DNA of 64,000 bases from Pecten maximus (Eukaryota): positions 12,338,001 through 12,402,000 of the forward strand of contig NC_047030.1 in assembly GCF_902652985.1 (NCBI RefSeq). Direction: 5' to 3'. Below the pieces are notes generated by a model, which was given only the letters and a program-made list of their open reading frames with translations, made no database searches and had not been told where the DNA came from. Shown piece by piece: positions 12,756 to 24,700 of the stretch. Both the position numbers and the translations under genes were made by a program. Each line of letters starts with the position of its first letter. Positions within the stretch are counted from its first letter, which is position 1.

Positions 12756-15700
12756 CTACAAAGAGAGATAATTCAAATTTAAAACATAAACAGAAAGTCA
12801 AGAAGTTTCTTGTTTAAAAATGGAGCAAGTGCCACAATCTAACTTAACTGAATTAGCTGCTTTAACAAAAGTTTAACACAGACATATTTGAGGGGAATCT
12901 TTCATAAAATAGTAAATTTAGTGTTAATACTAAAAACTTTCATCCATGTAAAAATGATAACTGTATTTTTATTGAAAACAAATACATTGTACAGCATTTT
13001 CTTTTTAATTAGCAATGTAAATTTGTAAGATATAGACCCAATTGAGGTCATTAAAGCTTCGTCATTTGACTAGTTTCTTGTTTAAATGCTGAATTCGCAA
13101 ATGACAGATTAAGAGGCTCTGATCATTGACCCATTGGTGAAAGTTTAATACCGAAATAGCTGGTTTTGTCAAAATTTAATGTAGTCATAATTTTATGAGG
13201 GGAAATATTTTTTAAGATAATAAGTGCAGTATTATACTGGAAACTTTCACCTACCTGGTGAGCAAATGCTGGATCAGCATATGCTCGTCTGTAGAGGTCA
13301 CTCTGAAGCATCTCCTGCTCACGGCCTGCCAGCAGAGCTGCATGGTGAGGCAGTCCCTGGGGCAGGGATTGCAGGTGTTGCCCGGCGCTGGACGTCGGAG
13401 GGTTAGAGCTGCTCATTCCCGAGGCTAGAGGATCAGCTCCTGAAAAGCACCAATCAGAGAATGTGTTACAGTTTGTGTAGATGCTACCATAGAAACTAAA
13501 ATTCTTAAGGATGCGAACCATTCATTCAACAAGAATTCTATAATATTTTTATAGAAAACAATGAAAAAATATTTGCTATGTAATTCTAAGAATCAGATAT
13601 TGTGATGGTAACATATTTTCAACAAATGTCATAATAAAAGTATCAATGTAACAAATTATCTCAAAGCATAAAAGAGGTATTTTCTTTTACGAAAAAAAAC
13701 CCCAGTACCATAAAAAGCATTGCCTCCAATAATTATCTACAAACATGCCACTCATAGATCAAATGGCAGTATCTATTAATAACTTTTATCTAGGTCAATA
13801 TTGATAAATTGTGAGCTTGCATAAATCCCATCCCTGATGTTTTTACTAGGTACTAGGACATATATACATAAATGTCAGATCTTTACTTGTTGTAATTAAT
13901 CTTTTCAAGAAGTTTTGATATTGATCGTGTACTTTGTCACACGTAAACTTTAATCAATACATTAAATAACACAATTTATCAAATTTAGATATGCTAAAAT
14001 TATATCAATATAACCTTTTTAGATTAATTCCTCTGGCTGGTTTGAGGTCAACATGGAACTTATACAAACAAGGATAAATTCAAACACTACTGATGATATC
14101 AGTACTTGATCCCACCCACGTAATATATAGATAAACATTATATTGTGGTCTCACCATAACAGGTTTACAATAAACACAAGGTACAATGTCATTATTACTG
14201 TACCTATATACTGTATACAGGTGTGCTGGTGACAGTGTATTTCCATAGTAACATACAATGTAATTTTATATTTATACATTTGAAAAGTTAAATGGCCAGG
14301 TTATCAATTTAATGATAAGAATAGATCATATAGATAGTAGTATACCTGTCAAAAGGTCCAAACAGTAAAAACGGAGATCTCGATCTAGTATGGAAAGTCT
14401 TTCAAAAATTTTGGTTTAATATTTTATTGCTTAAATATTTTCTTATCAGCAACTGTTTTAAAGATAGGAAAAGTAGAAATGATGGATTTAAAAAACAAAA
14501 GTGTTAGAAAAATATTTTAGCTGGACATTGCTTTACTTTATTTACTAACATGTTTCCAAATGGTATCTCTGGTCCCAACTGTAAACAACTTGACAGGTAT
14601 GTAGTTAAAGAGTAATTCCATCACATTTCATGAAAGTATCACTGCCAGAGGTCACACACATGTATACAGTAGTGGGCATGCCATATCGAGAATCATCCAT
14701 AAGAAGTAGTATAGTAATTGCATGATAAGAGTATGCTGTCACTCAAAAAGTTTATCTTTTTAATTTTGGTTTTCAAAGTCTCCAACATTCTTGTCAAATT
14801 TGATTTGATGAAGTTCAGCACACACAAGAAATGGAAAAAAGACAAGAACACAAGCAGAAGATATTTCCAAGTAAAATTATTTTAAACTTTTTAGATAAGT
14901 GCATTCATTTTATTGAGAAAGTATACATACATGTTAAAGCATACAATCATGCTTTACATCAAAGTTTCTGAGAAATGTTTTTTGATATCATGTACACAAG
15001 TTTACACAGGTACAGCTTCATAACAAACATTCTTCTACATAATTCAGTTATAAAAAAAATATACAAAAAAATAAAAATACTTCAAAACAACAAAAGGATA
15101 GGAATAAAAAGCATCTAAGTTTGAAATAAAATAAAAAGGAACAAAAAAGGAGATAGGAGGAAGCAGGAAAAAAACTAATTGGGAACTAAGGCAAACAGGA
15201 AAGCAGAGGAAACCACGGACAATAATTGGACATGGCGGTCTTTCTTTAGAACGCACTTACTAGAAAACTGATAGGCCAAATGTGAGGTCGGATCAAGCAT
15301 ACCCCTATCATGCTTTGAGCGGAGGATGCACTCGTTAGAAACCCTTTGCATGTAGATTTGCTCATTTGTAAGGCGCTGAGTGTAAAATTGGTATATCATT
15401 CTTCCGGTCAATTGATCAGAATGTAGAATATCTGTAACGACAATTAGAGGTGTGATTAATTATGAGAGACGACGACGGCTTACCTGGGGGCAGGGGAGGG
15501 AGGAAATGGTGAGGCAGACCATGCAGCGAGGGGTGGTATGGAGCCCCTGATGCTGCTGCTGCTGCTGCTGCCGCTGCTGCTGCATCCTGCTGATGAAGGT
15601 GGAGATGCGTGTGCGAATGTGCGTGTGTGTGGGTGTGGCCAGACGGTGACACGCCCAGGTTTCCCATCTGCAGTCGAACCATCGGGTCGGTTGCGAGGGC

Positions 15701-18700
15701 CATACGCTCTGCATGTAGCCGCTCGGCCGACAGTCGCTCCACTGTGTTGGAGTATGCAGCCATGTCAGCACCAGGGTGCATAAGATGACACTGGGAGAGG
15801 CCTACACGTAAACAGGTAAAGAAAAGTCACTTGTGGAGTCAACCACAGTATTACCCGGCTACTGAAAACAATGGCTGTCTTCTCGATTTGTGCCTTCAAC
15901 TTACCTTCTACAGCTCACACAGCCAGGAAAACATTACACAGGAAGGCTAACAGCTATATCTATGAGATTTATTTCAAAAACTCCAAAGATTTTAAAAGAC
16001 AAATTTCTGAAAGGAAGCAGATTTCTGAACTCAATTTCTAGATTTTATCACAAATTTGTTTTTTATCCAAATATTTATATAAATATGTTAATCAATACAA
16101 AAGTTTGATGGTATAATAAATAAATGTGTCAGAGCTTTCAGGAGTAAAATTTTTCTTTGAAATATAAGAATTGTCTCCCTTGCTCTGTTGACAGGGCTTG
16201 GTAATGTTATTGTTTCCAGAAATGCATAGGTAAAAAAGAACTTCATTTTAAACACAAGACAAAACAGTGACATGAATAAAAACATATATCTACATACACA
16301 TTTTGTTTCTATCTTACTGGCAGTTCTTTTTTCCCTTTCAATTGAAGAAATCATCACAGGGTGGTTTCATTATATTTCAATTTCTTTTTTTTTCAGGTAA
16401 AAAAATCATACAGTACACAGAATCAATTCAATTATTTTTCATTCGATTATGGGAGAAATAGTGGTGTGAAATACCTTACTATAAACATGAAAATTTACGC
16501 AATTTAAAATAACTCACACACATAGAGTTTGTCTATGAAAATCGCAAAATTAAACCCCTGTGGAAATAACCATATTTACAGTAATGTCGGATGTACCTTA
16601 TATCCCCGGATTCTTAATTTGTGAACTTTTTTTTTCTATTGAAGATTGAACTTTTGAAATAGTCAGTAATGAATAAGCATTCCCCGATTATAATTTTTCC
16701 TCTCTCTGACACATTATATGAAAATAAACAACTGCACCAAACTAACAGTGTATCAAACAAAAGATTAAAAAAATCTAATCAGCCTACCTAGTCGCTCCAT
16801 CCTTTCCCGTTCTCGCTGTAAAAGGTCGCTGGCCAGACTTGTGGGTGGGTAGACTCCAGGGATATGGTGCCCCCCTCCCGGACCTCCTACATTAGCTGCC
16901 GACGGTAACACGTGACTGCCAGGCTGACAGAACCGTCGCTGTAGTTCCAGCCAATTGGAGTCTATCCCTGGCCCATGTGGTAGTATTCTGTCCAATCCTA
17001 AACAGACAGATTTTTATTGACACTTTAAATATACTGAAATTATTTCTTCTGAGTAAGTTTTGATAAACATTTTTTATCTATAAATCTAATTTCAGAATTT
17101 ATTTATTTTGAAATGAAAGTTATTTTAAAAACTTCGATCAACAGAGTTAAGATATTTCCCATTCACACTTCATATTCCCGGTTGTCTAATCCTGTTATCT
17201 TACACAAAGAATCGTGTAGTTTTTGATGAAAAAATTTCAAGTCCCGATGGTTTAGCTTCAAAAAAATAACTTTCAATCCCCAAGGAATCTGAAGCCAGGA
17301 CAATAGACTAAATCAGGAGATAGCATTAAAACGTATAGAAAATTACCTGGTTTACTAAGCTCTAAATCTGCTTTTAATTTTTCTCTCATTTCCATTTCTC
17401 GTATCTCTCTTTCCCGCAGTTCTCTCTCCCTGGCATCTCGTTCTCTTTTGTCCCGCTCGAGTTCCAATTCTAACCTGAAATATAAACATCAATATAAAAT
17501 TTTTAACAGTGATTATTTATTGCATATACATATTTTTTTTAAACTGGTATTATTTTCGTTTTATGCTATTCATGTACAAATGAAGTTTTATTTCTCGGAT
17601 TTGTTACAAAACAATTCATGACTTTAATTCAATTATTTTGATTTAGATGGAAATTTTCCTATTTCAGATTCTCTATCGGCTGGTACCTTTCGCGGGAGCC
17701 TGGTGGATACATAGCTGCCATTCGGTAGTCTAACAGGTGGTCCATACTATGTGGCATGCCTGCGTAGGAAAGAGATCGTGCAGGATCTGGGCCTGTCAAA
17801 ACACAAATTATTAACAGAAAAATTTTACCAAACTGTCCACAACAAAGAAATCAAGTTATAACTTACTGTAAATTTCTTGAAATATCAATGGAGAATGTGA
17901 ATGTTCTAAATCTAAGCACCTGAAAATTACACATATGGTACAATATATGAAATTTATTGAAATTACTCGTCTATTACATCTCATCCAGATTGTGACATTT
18001 CTTTTAACCTATATCTCGAGTTTGTTGGTTGCATTCTATGATCATGTTAGGCCCGAAGCATCACTGACGAGTCCTAGAAGGACAAAACAGCTGTATGATG
18101 TCCCTATTATCATTGGCGAGTACTGTAAGGACGAAACAGCTGTATGATGTCCCTAACATCACTGACCAGTCCTAGAAGGACGGAACAGTTGTATGATGTC
18201 CCTAACATTACTGACGAGTCCTAGAAGGATAAAACAGTCGTATGATGTCCCTAACATCACTGACGAGTCCTAGAAGGGCGAAACAGCTGTATAATGTCCC
18301 TAACATCACTGACCAGTCCTAGAAGGACGGAACAGTTGTATGATGTCCCTAACATTACTGATGAGTCCTAGAAGGACGAAACAGCTGTATGATGTCCCTA
18401 ACATCACTGACCAGTCCTAGAAGGACGGAACAGTTGTATGATGTCCCTAACATTACTGACGAGTCCTAGAAGGACAAAACAGCTGTATAATGTCCCTAAC
18501 ATCACTGACGAGTCCTAGAAGGACGAAACAGCTGTATGATGTCCCTAACATTACTGATGAGTCCTAGAAGGACGAAACAGCTGTATGAGGAACATCACTG
18601 ACGAGTCCTAGAAGGACGAAACAGCTGTATGATGTCCCTAACATTACTGACGAGTCCTAGAAGGACGAAACAGCTGTATGATGTCCCTAACATTACTGAC

Positions 18701-21700
18701 GAGTCCTAGGACGAAGCAGCTGTATGATGTCCCTAACATCACTGACGAGTCCTAGAAGGACGAACAGTTGTATGATATACCTAACATTACTGACGAGTCC
18801 TAGAAGGACGAAACAGCTGTATGATGTCCCTAACATTACTGACGAGTCCTAGGACGAAGCAGCTGTATGATGTCCCTAACATCACTGACGAGTCCTAGAA
18901 GGACGAACAGTTGTATGATATACCTAACATCATTGACGAGTCCTAGAAGGATGAAACCACTGTGTTACACAGTTCAATTCAGCTTGGCTCTGCTGTATCT
19001 GTTTCCGATTTGTTTGAATGGAGCCAATACCTTCTGTGTCGTTTGTACAATCCTTCCAATTTCTACTGAGGTATTAATCACTGGTGTTCAGTATACAAAA
19101 CTATCTCTAACTTTATCAATACTTTAAACTTCCAAAAATACTCTTATTTCTAAATACTTATACACCAACATTTGGGGGTTCATTTGGATTACTATCACAA
19201 CTCATACGGACTCATTCCAGAAGGAAGCCCGGCAATGTAATTGATGTCAAATTTGATTTTCTTCTCTGTTGACAAGTAAACTTGTACTTTACTAGATGTT
19301 CACAGAATATTTTTGTCAAACACAGAATCGTCTCCCTTTACCTAATTATATGCGAACACAACTTACCGTTTCTTCTCTGTTGACAAGTAAACTTGTACTT
19401 TACTAGATGTTCACAGAATATTTTTGTCAAACACAGAATCGTCTCCCTTTACCTAATTATATGCGAACACAACTTACCGGAACCCATAACATGAGGTTTT
19501 GCATATTCGCTGAGCTGGCGTAGGGCAGGAGTGTCGGGGTAGGATGAGCGAGGTGTATGGCGTTCATATGGGTTGTTTGGTGTTATACTGCTGGTGATCT
19601 GAGCATCTGCTGTCGAGTTTGGAGGAGGTGTTTCTGGTTTTTTCTGCACAATAATGACATAAATAGCATAAGATTTCATACAAGAGACCAAAAAGACAAA
19701 AGAAAAAAAGCATAATTCCAAAATAAAACAAAGGTTTCCACTTATTGTTATCAATGAAATAAATCATAATTAAATTAAGAAATTTCATGTTTCGGTTAAG
19801 TCTGTCTATTAACTGTTTTATGTCCGATTTCCTTAGTCAGTGAATACTGATGGTAAAAACATGTACAACATGTAGCTGTAGATGGGTAAGGCTACTTTTT
19901 ATTTTTAATTACTTAATCAACAACAAATTTATTTTACTGATTTAAAAGCAAAATATCAAAGTTACTGTAGTTTGCATACTGTATAATGGGAAGCTGTTAA
20001 TAGCATTAAACTTTACCACTTTCATCATATAGGAAAAGGGCAAATTTAACAGTGAGTCAAAAACAAACATTTTGCAAAAGATGGTGGGAAATTTTTGCAA
20101 AAACAAACATTTTGCAAAAGATGGTGGGAAATTTTGACTGGATCAAAAATATTGGCTTTTTATTGTCAGAAGGTGAAAGTTTCCTGGGGCAAAAGTTTCC
20201 CATCACACAGTAATTTTGTTCTTTGTAGAAAAATATAGATTAAAGCCGAGAGCTAGATAATGCCAAGACCTGGGTATTTTAGTACCGAAGATCAGGGTCA
20301 CTACTAACTTACAGCGCTAACAACCTTCTCTTCTGTCTTAACCGGGGTGTGAGTCGGTGCTGCCCTCTTACGAGCCAGTTTGGAATCGGGATGCGGTCTG
20401 AAGACAATATCACAACGAGAGCAGCAGTTGTTTTCTCCTCTGTTCAGCACTTTCATTAGTCTATGGGGTGAAATGAATCGTAACATGTCAAACTGGGTAG
20501 CGTATTATCAAACATTCGGAAAGATTTCCTTTTTTAAGTTTTAAGAGAAGTGATATTGTTTTCGACAAGAACAGCAAATGGTGTCTTCTTTCAGTTACTG
20601 GCCAATGGTTTACAGCCAACATATGATTTAACCAATTATAATTATGTTGTGTCTTATATTTGCTTACATATTCGTCGAAAATCAACTCCTTTACAAAAAT
20701 GGCCAGAGGAGCTAAATTTATATTCAAAACAAGATCATAGTTATCATAACTGGTTTCATGACACATGTATCGAAGCATTTGATTTTGTATAGAAATGACC
20801 AGATTCTGATTTAAAAGACTGACAATATAAACAAATGACTTTTAGGTATAATTGTACTTACAATGCATTTTCAGACTTATACATTTCTAAGCTACATCGC
20901 GTCGGGTCTGGCCCTGGCGTGGTCGTTCCTCCTTCGTGGTCCGATTCTTCCTCTTCCTCCATCACAACACTGGTCTCACACACAGGAGTGGCCGGCTCAG
21001 ACTTGACCCCCACCCCTGGGGTCAATTTCTCTATCGAGCTTGCATCCACAGTAGAAGAGGGAGAAATCAGTTCTTTTGGGGTGGTGGGCGGTTCATGAAT
21101 GTGTGGATGGGGCCCATGAGGTGTAGCCCCATGGGGGATGGGCCTAAGAGGAGAAGGTCCATGTGATAGAGGTCCATGAAGGGAAGGCCCATGTGATGAT
21201 GATCCATGTGATGAAGGTCCGTGTGAGGGAAGCCCATGTTGGGGAGGGCCATGGGGGGAAGGTCCATGTGGGGAAGGTCCATGTGGGTGTGGAGGTCCAT
21301 GTAGGGAAGGTCCGTGGGGATTGATTCCATGGGAAGAAGGCCCATGGGGAGATACTCCGTGAGAATGTCCATGTGAGGGAGTTATGTGTGGGGGAGGTCC
21401 ATGTGGGTGAGATACATGGAGGGGAGGGGTTTTATTGTCCGATCTACTACTCACAGAGTCTAACACTCGACTGTTTGATACCACTGTACTACTAGCACTA
21501 GACTCCAATCCAGGTTTAGAGAAATCAAATGGTTGAAATGACTCTGGCCGGTTTGAGAAACTAGACAAAGGTTCTGACTTGACTATTACACTATTCATGC
21601 TAGATTTCTCCTCAACTGCACTAGGCCGAGAGGCTGGATTGTCCATTAGCAGCTTGGTAGCCCCGAAGCTGTGTTTAGGAGATGGCGGTGGAGACAAAGG

Positions 21701-24700
21701 CTCCTTCTTAATGGGAACTGTATTTGTGTGGAGGTCATCGAGGCGGACAGGTGTTGACGAGGTACTGGAAGTGCTGACCTGAGGTAATGATAGCGGTGCC
21801 CTCGTGTGCAGCGATGATAATGATGGCGATGTGAAAGGTGACGTTTCTCGGTGGAAAGCAAGATCCTGAGGAGTGCTGCATTGGAGTGACAGCGGCATGG
21901 ATGGCGTTGTTGTGGGCAACAGCTTCTCCGATGGTAATTTCTGTGATGACGGTAGAGAAATCGAAGATGACAATGGTACGAGTGGGGGACAGGACGACAC
22001 AGGGGAGAGAGGGTGTGAATGGTGGGGGAGGTGATGAGTAGGAGGGGGGAGAAGTTGTGACACAGGAGGGGGTGACGTATGAGGATGGTGGATATGTGCT
22101 GGCTCCGGCCGCACAAGTGGCACCTTATCGTGAAGGTTGGCCACGGTGGCGGTGGAAGTAGGAGTGACAACAGTTGTCACCGGAGACTGAACAGAGGTGC
22201 TGGTTGTAGAACTTTGTGAGGACACCGGAGGTTTACTGGACTTGAAGTCGGTGTCTACAGAGCGCGGAGTGCTGGGAGGTGAGGACGAGCTAAGGTCATC
22301 CTGGAACAGACAGACAGACAGGGTCAGCCACTTGTCTACCGTGTAATAACCCACACCTAGCACAACCTTATCACCATAGGTTTAATATCAACCTAAGTCA
22401 TACCCAGTACCCTGATCCTATAATAACCCTATATCTTACATTAACCCAGTAATGTAGCACCCTTATGTTGTAATAACCAATAACCAACTACCCTGATATT
22501 ACGTTAACTCAGTAGCCTAGTACAATTCTTCTAGTACCCCAATTTTACAATAACCCAGTAACTTGATCATACTAAAACCCAGAAAACCAATAACCTGATT
22601 GTACTATAACCCAGTAACCAGAACTTATAAACACCCAGTATCCTAGTACTAACTGTACCCAGAAGTTGAATAACCCAGTAACCTTCATTTGTATAGTTCC
22701 ATTAATTTGCAACAACCCAATAATCTAGTATCTTAATTTTACATACAATAACCTAAGTACATCCATGACCTACCTCACAGTTATTCTATCAATACATTAT
22801 CCACATCCCCTATCAACAATCACCTGGCTCAAGAAACAATGGTAACCCTGGTTACCAATCTCTGTAGACCACCATTAGCCCTATAAACTCTGGTTACCAA
22901 TCTCTGTAGACCACCATTAGCCCTATTAACCCTGGTTTCCAATCTCTGTAGACCATCATTAGCCCTATAAACCCTGGGTACCAATCTCTGTAGACCACCC
23001 CCTGGTTACCAATCTCTGCAGACCATCATTAGCCCTATAAACTCTGGTTACCAATCTCTGTAGACCATCATTAGCCCTATTAACCCTGGTTACCAATCTC
23101 TGTAGCCCATCATTAGCCCTATAAACCCTGGTTACCAATCTCTGTAGACCACCATTAGCCCTATTAACCCTGGCTACCAATCTCTGTAGACCACCCCCTG
23201 GTTACCAATCTTTGTAGACCACCATTAGCCTATTAACCCTGGTTACCAATCTCTATAGACCACCAATAGCCCTATAAACCCTGGTTACCAATCATTAGCC
23301 CTATAAACCCTGGTTACCAATCTCTGTAGACCAACATTAGCCCTATAAACCCTGGTTACTGATCGCTGTAGAACTCAATTAGCCTAGTAACCCCGGTTAC
23401 CAATCTCTCTAGACTACCATCAGCCCTATAAACCCTGGTTACCAATCTCTGTAGATCTCTTTTAGCCACATTCCCAACACACGGCTGTATAGTAAAGTGC
23501 AGAAAATATCTCTTAAAAAGTGAGTTGTGTTAGGTGCAGATAACATAGTAGAGAGCATATACAGACATCAGACACATAGTAGACAGTCTTACTATAATAC
23601 ACAACAGATGTACAGTAGATGTTATATACCACATTACACTAGTAGACAGTCTTACCAAACACACAACAGATTATAGAAACAGAAAAACCTGACTTTACTG
23701 ACACACTGGGGGGACCGCATCAATGTGTCGGATATGAGAGTGGAACATATGTACATCACAGTTGGATGATACAGTCACAGTTCTGATGGATACGGTCGGA
23801 TGATACAGTCACAGTTCTGTATGGATACGGTCAGATGATACAGTCACAGTTCTGTATGGATACGGTCGGATGATACAGTCACAGTTCTGTATGGATACGG
23901 TCGGATGATACAGTCACAGTTCTGTATGGATACGGTTGGATGATATAGTCACAGTTCTGTATGGATACGGTCGGATGATACAGTCACAGTTCTGTATGGA
24001 TACGGTCGGATGATAGTCACAGTTCTGTATGGATACGGTCGGATGATAGTCACAGTTCTGTATGGATACGGCCGGATGATATAGTCACAGTTCTGATGGA
24101 TACGGTCGGATGATATAGTCACAGTTCTGTATGGATACGGTCGGATGATACAGTCACAGTTCTGTATGGATACAGTCGGATGATATAGTCACAGTTCTGT
24201 ATGGATATGGTCGGATGATACAGTCACAGTTCTGTATGGATACGGTCGGATGATACAGTCACAGTTCTGTATGGATACGGTCGGATGATACAGTCACAGT
24301 TCTGTATGGATACGGTCAGATGATATAGTCACAGTTCTGTATGGATACAGTCGGATGATAGTCACAGTTCTGTATGGATACGGTCGGATGATAGTCACAG
24401 TTCTGTATGGATATGGTCGGATGATACAGTCACAGTTCTGTATGGATATGGTCGGATGATAGTCACAGTTCTGAATGGATACGGTCGGATGATAGTCACA
24501 GTTCTGAATGGATACGGTCGGATGATATAGTCACAGTTCTGTATGGATACGGTCGGATGATATAGTCACAGTTCTGAATGGATATGGTCGGATGATATAG
24601 TCACAGTTCTGTATGGATACGGTCGGATGATAGTCACAGTTCTGAATGGATACGGTCGGATGATATAGTCACAGTTCTGTATGGATACGGTCGGATGATA

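Noticed and set aside
18058-18965. CRISPR-like appearance of this and other arrays
   Set aside because: No unique spacers, no cas genes, eukaryotic intron context.
20936-22170. Alternative-frame and antisense ORFs over the large exon
   Set aside because: Shadows of the low-complexity RERE exon.
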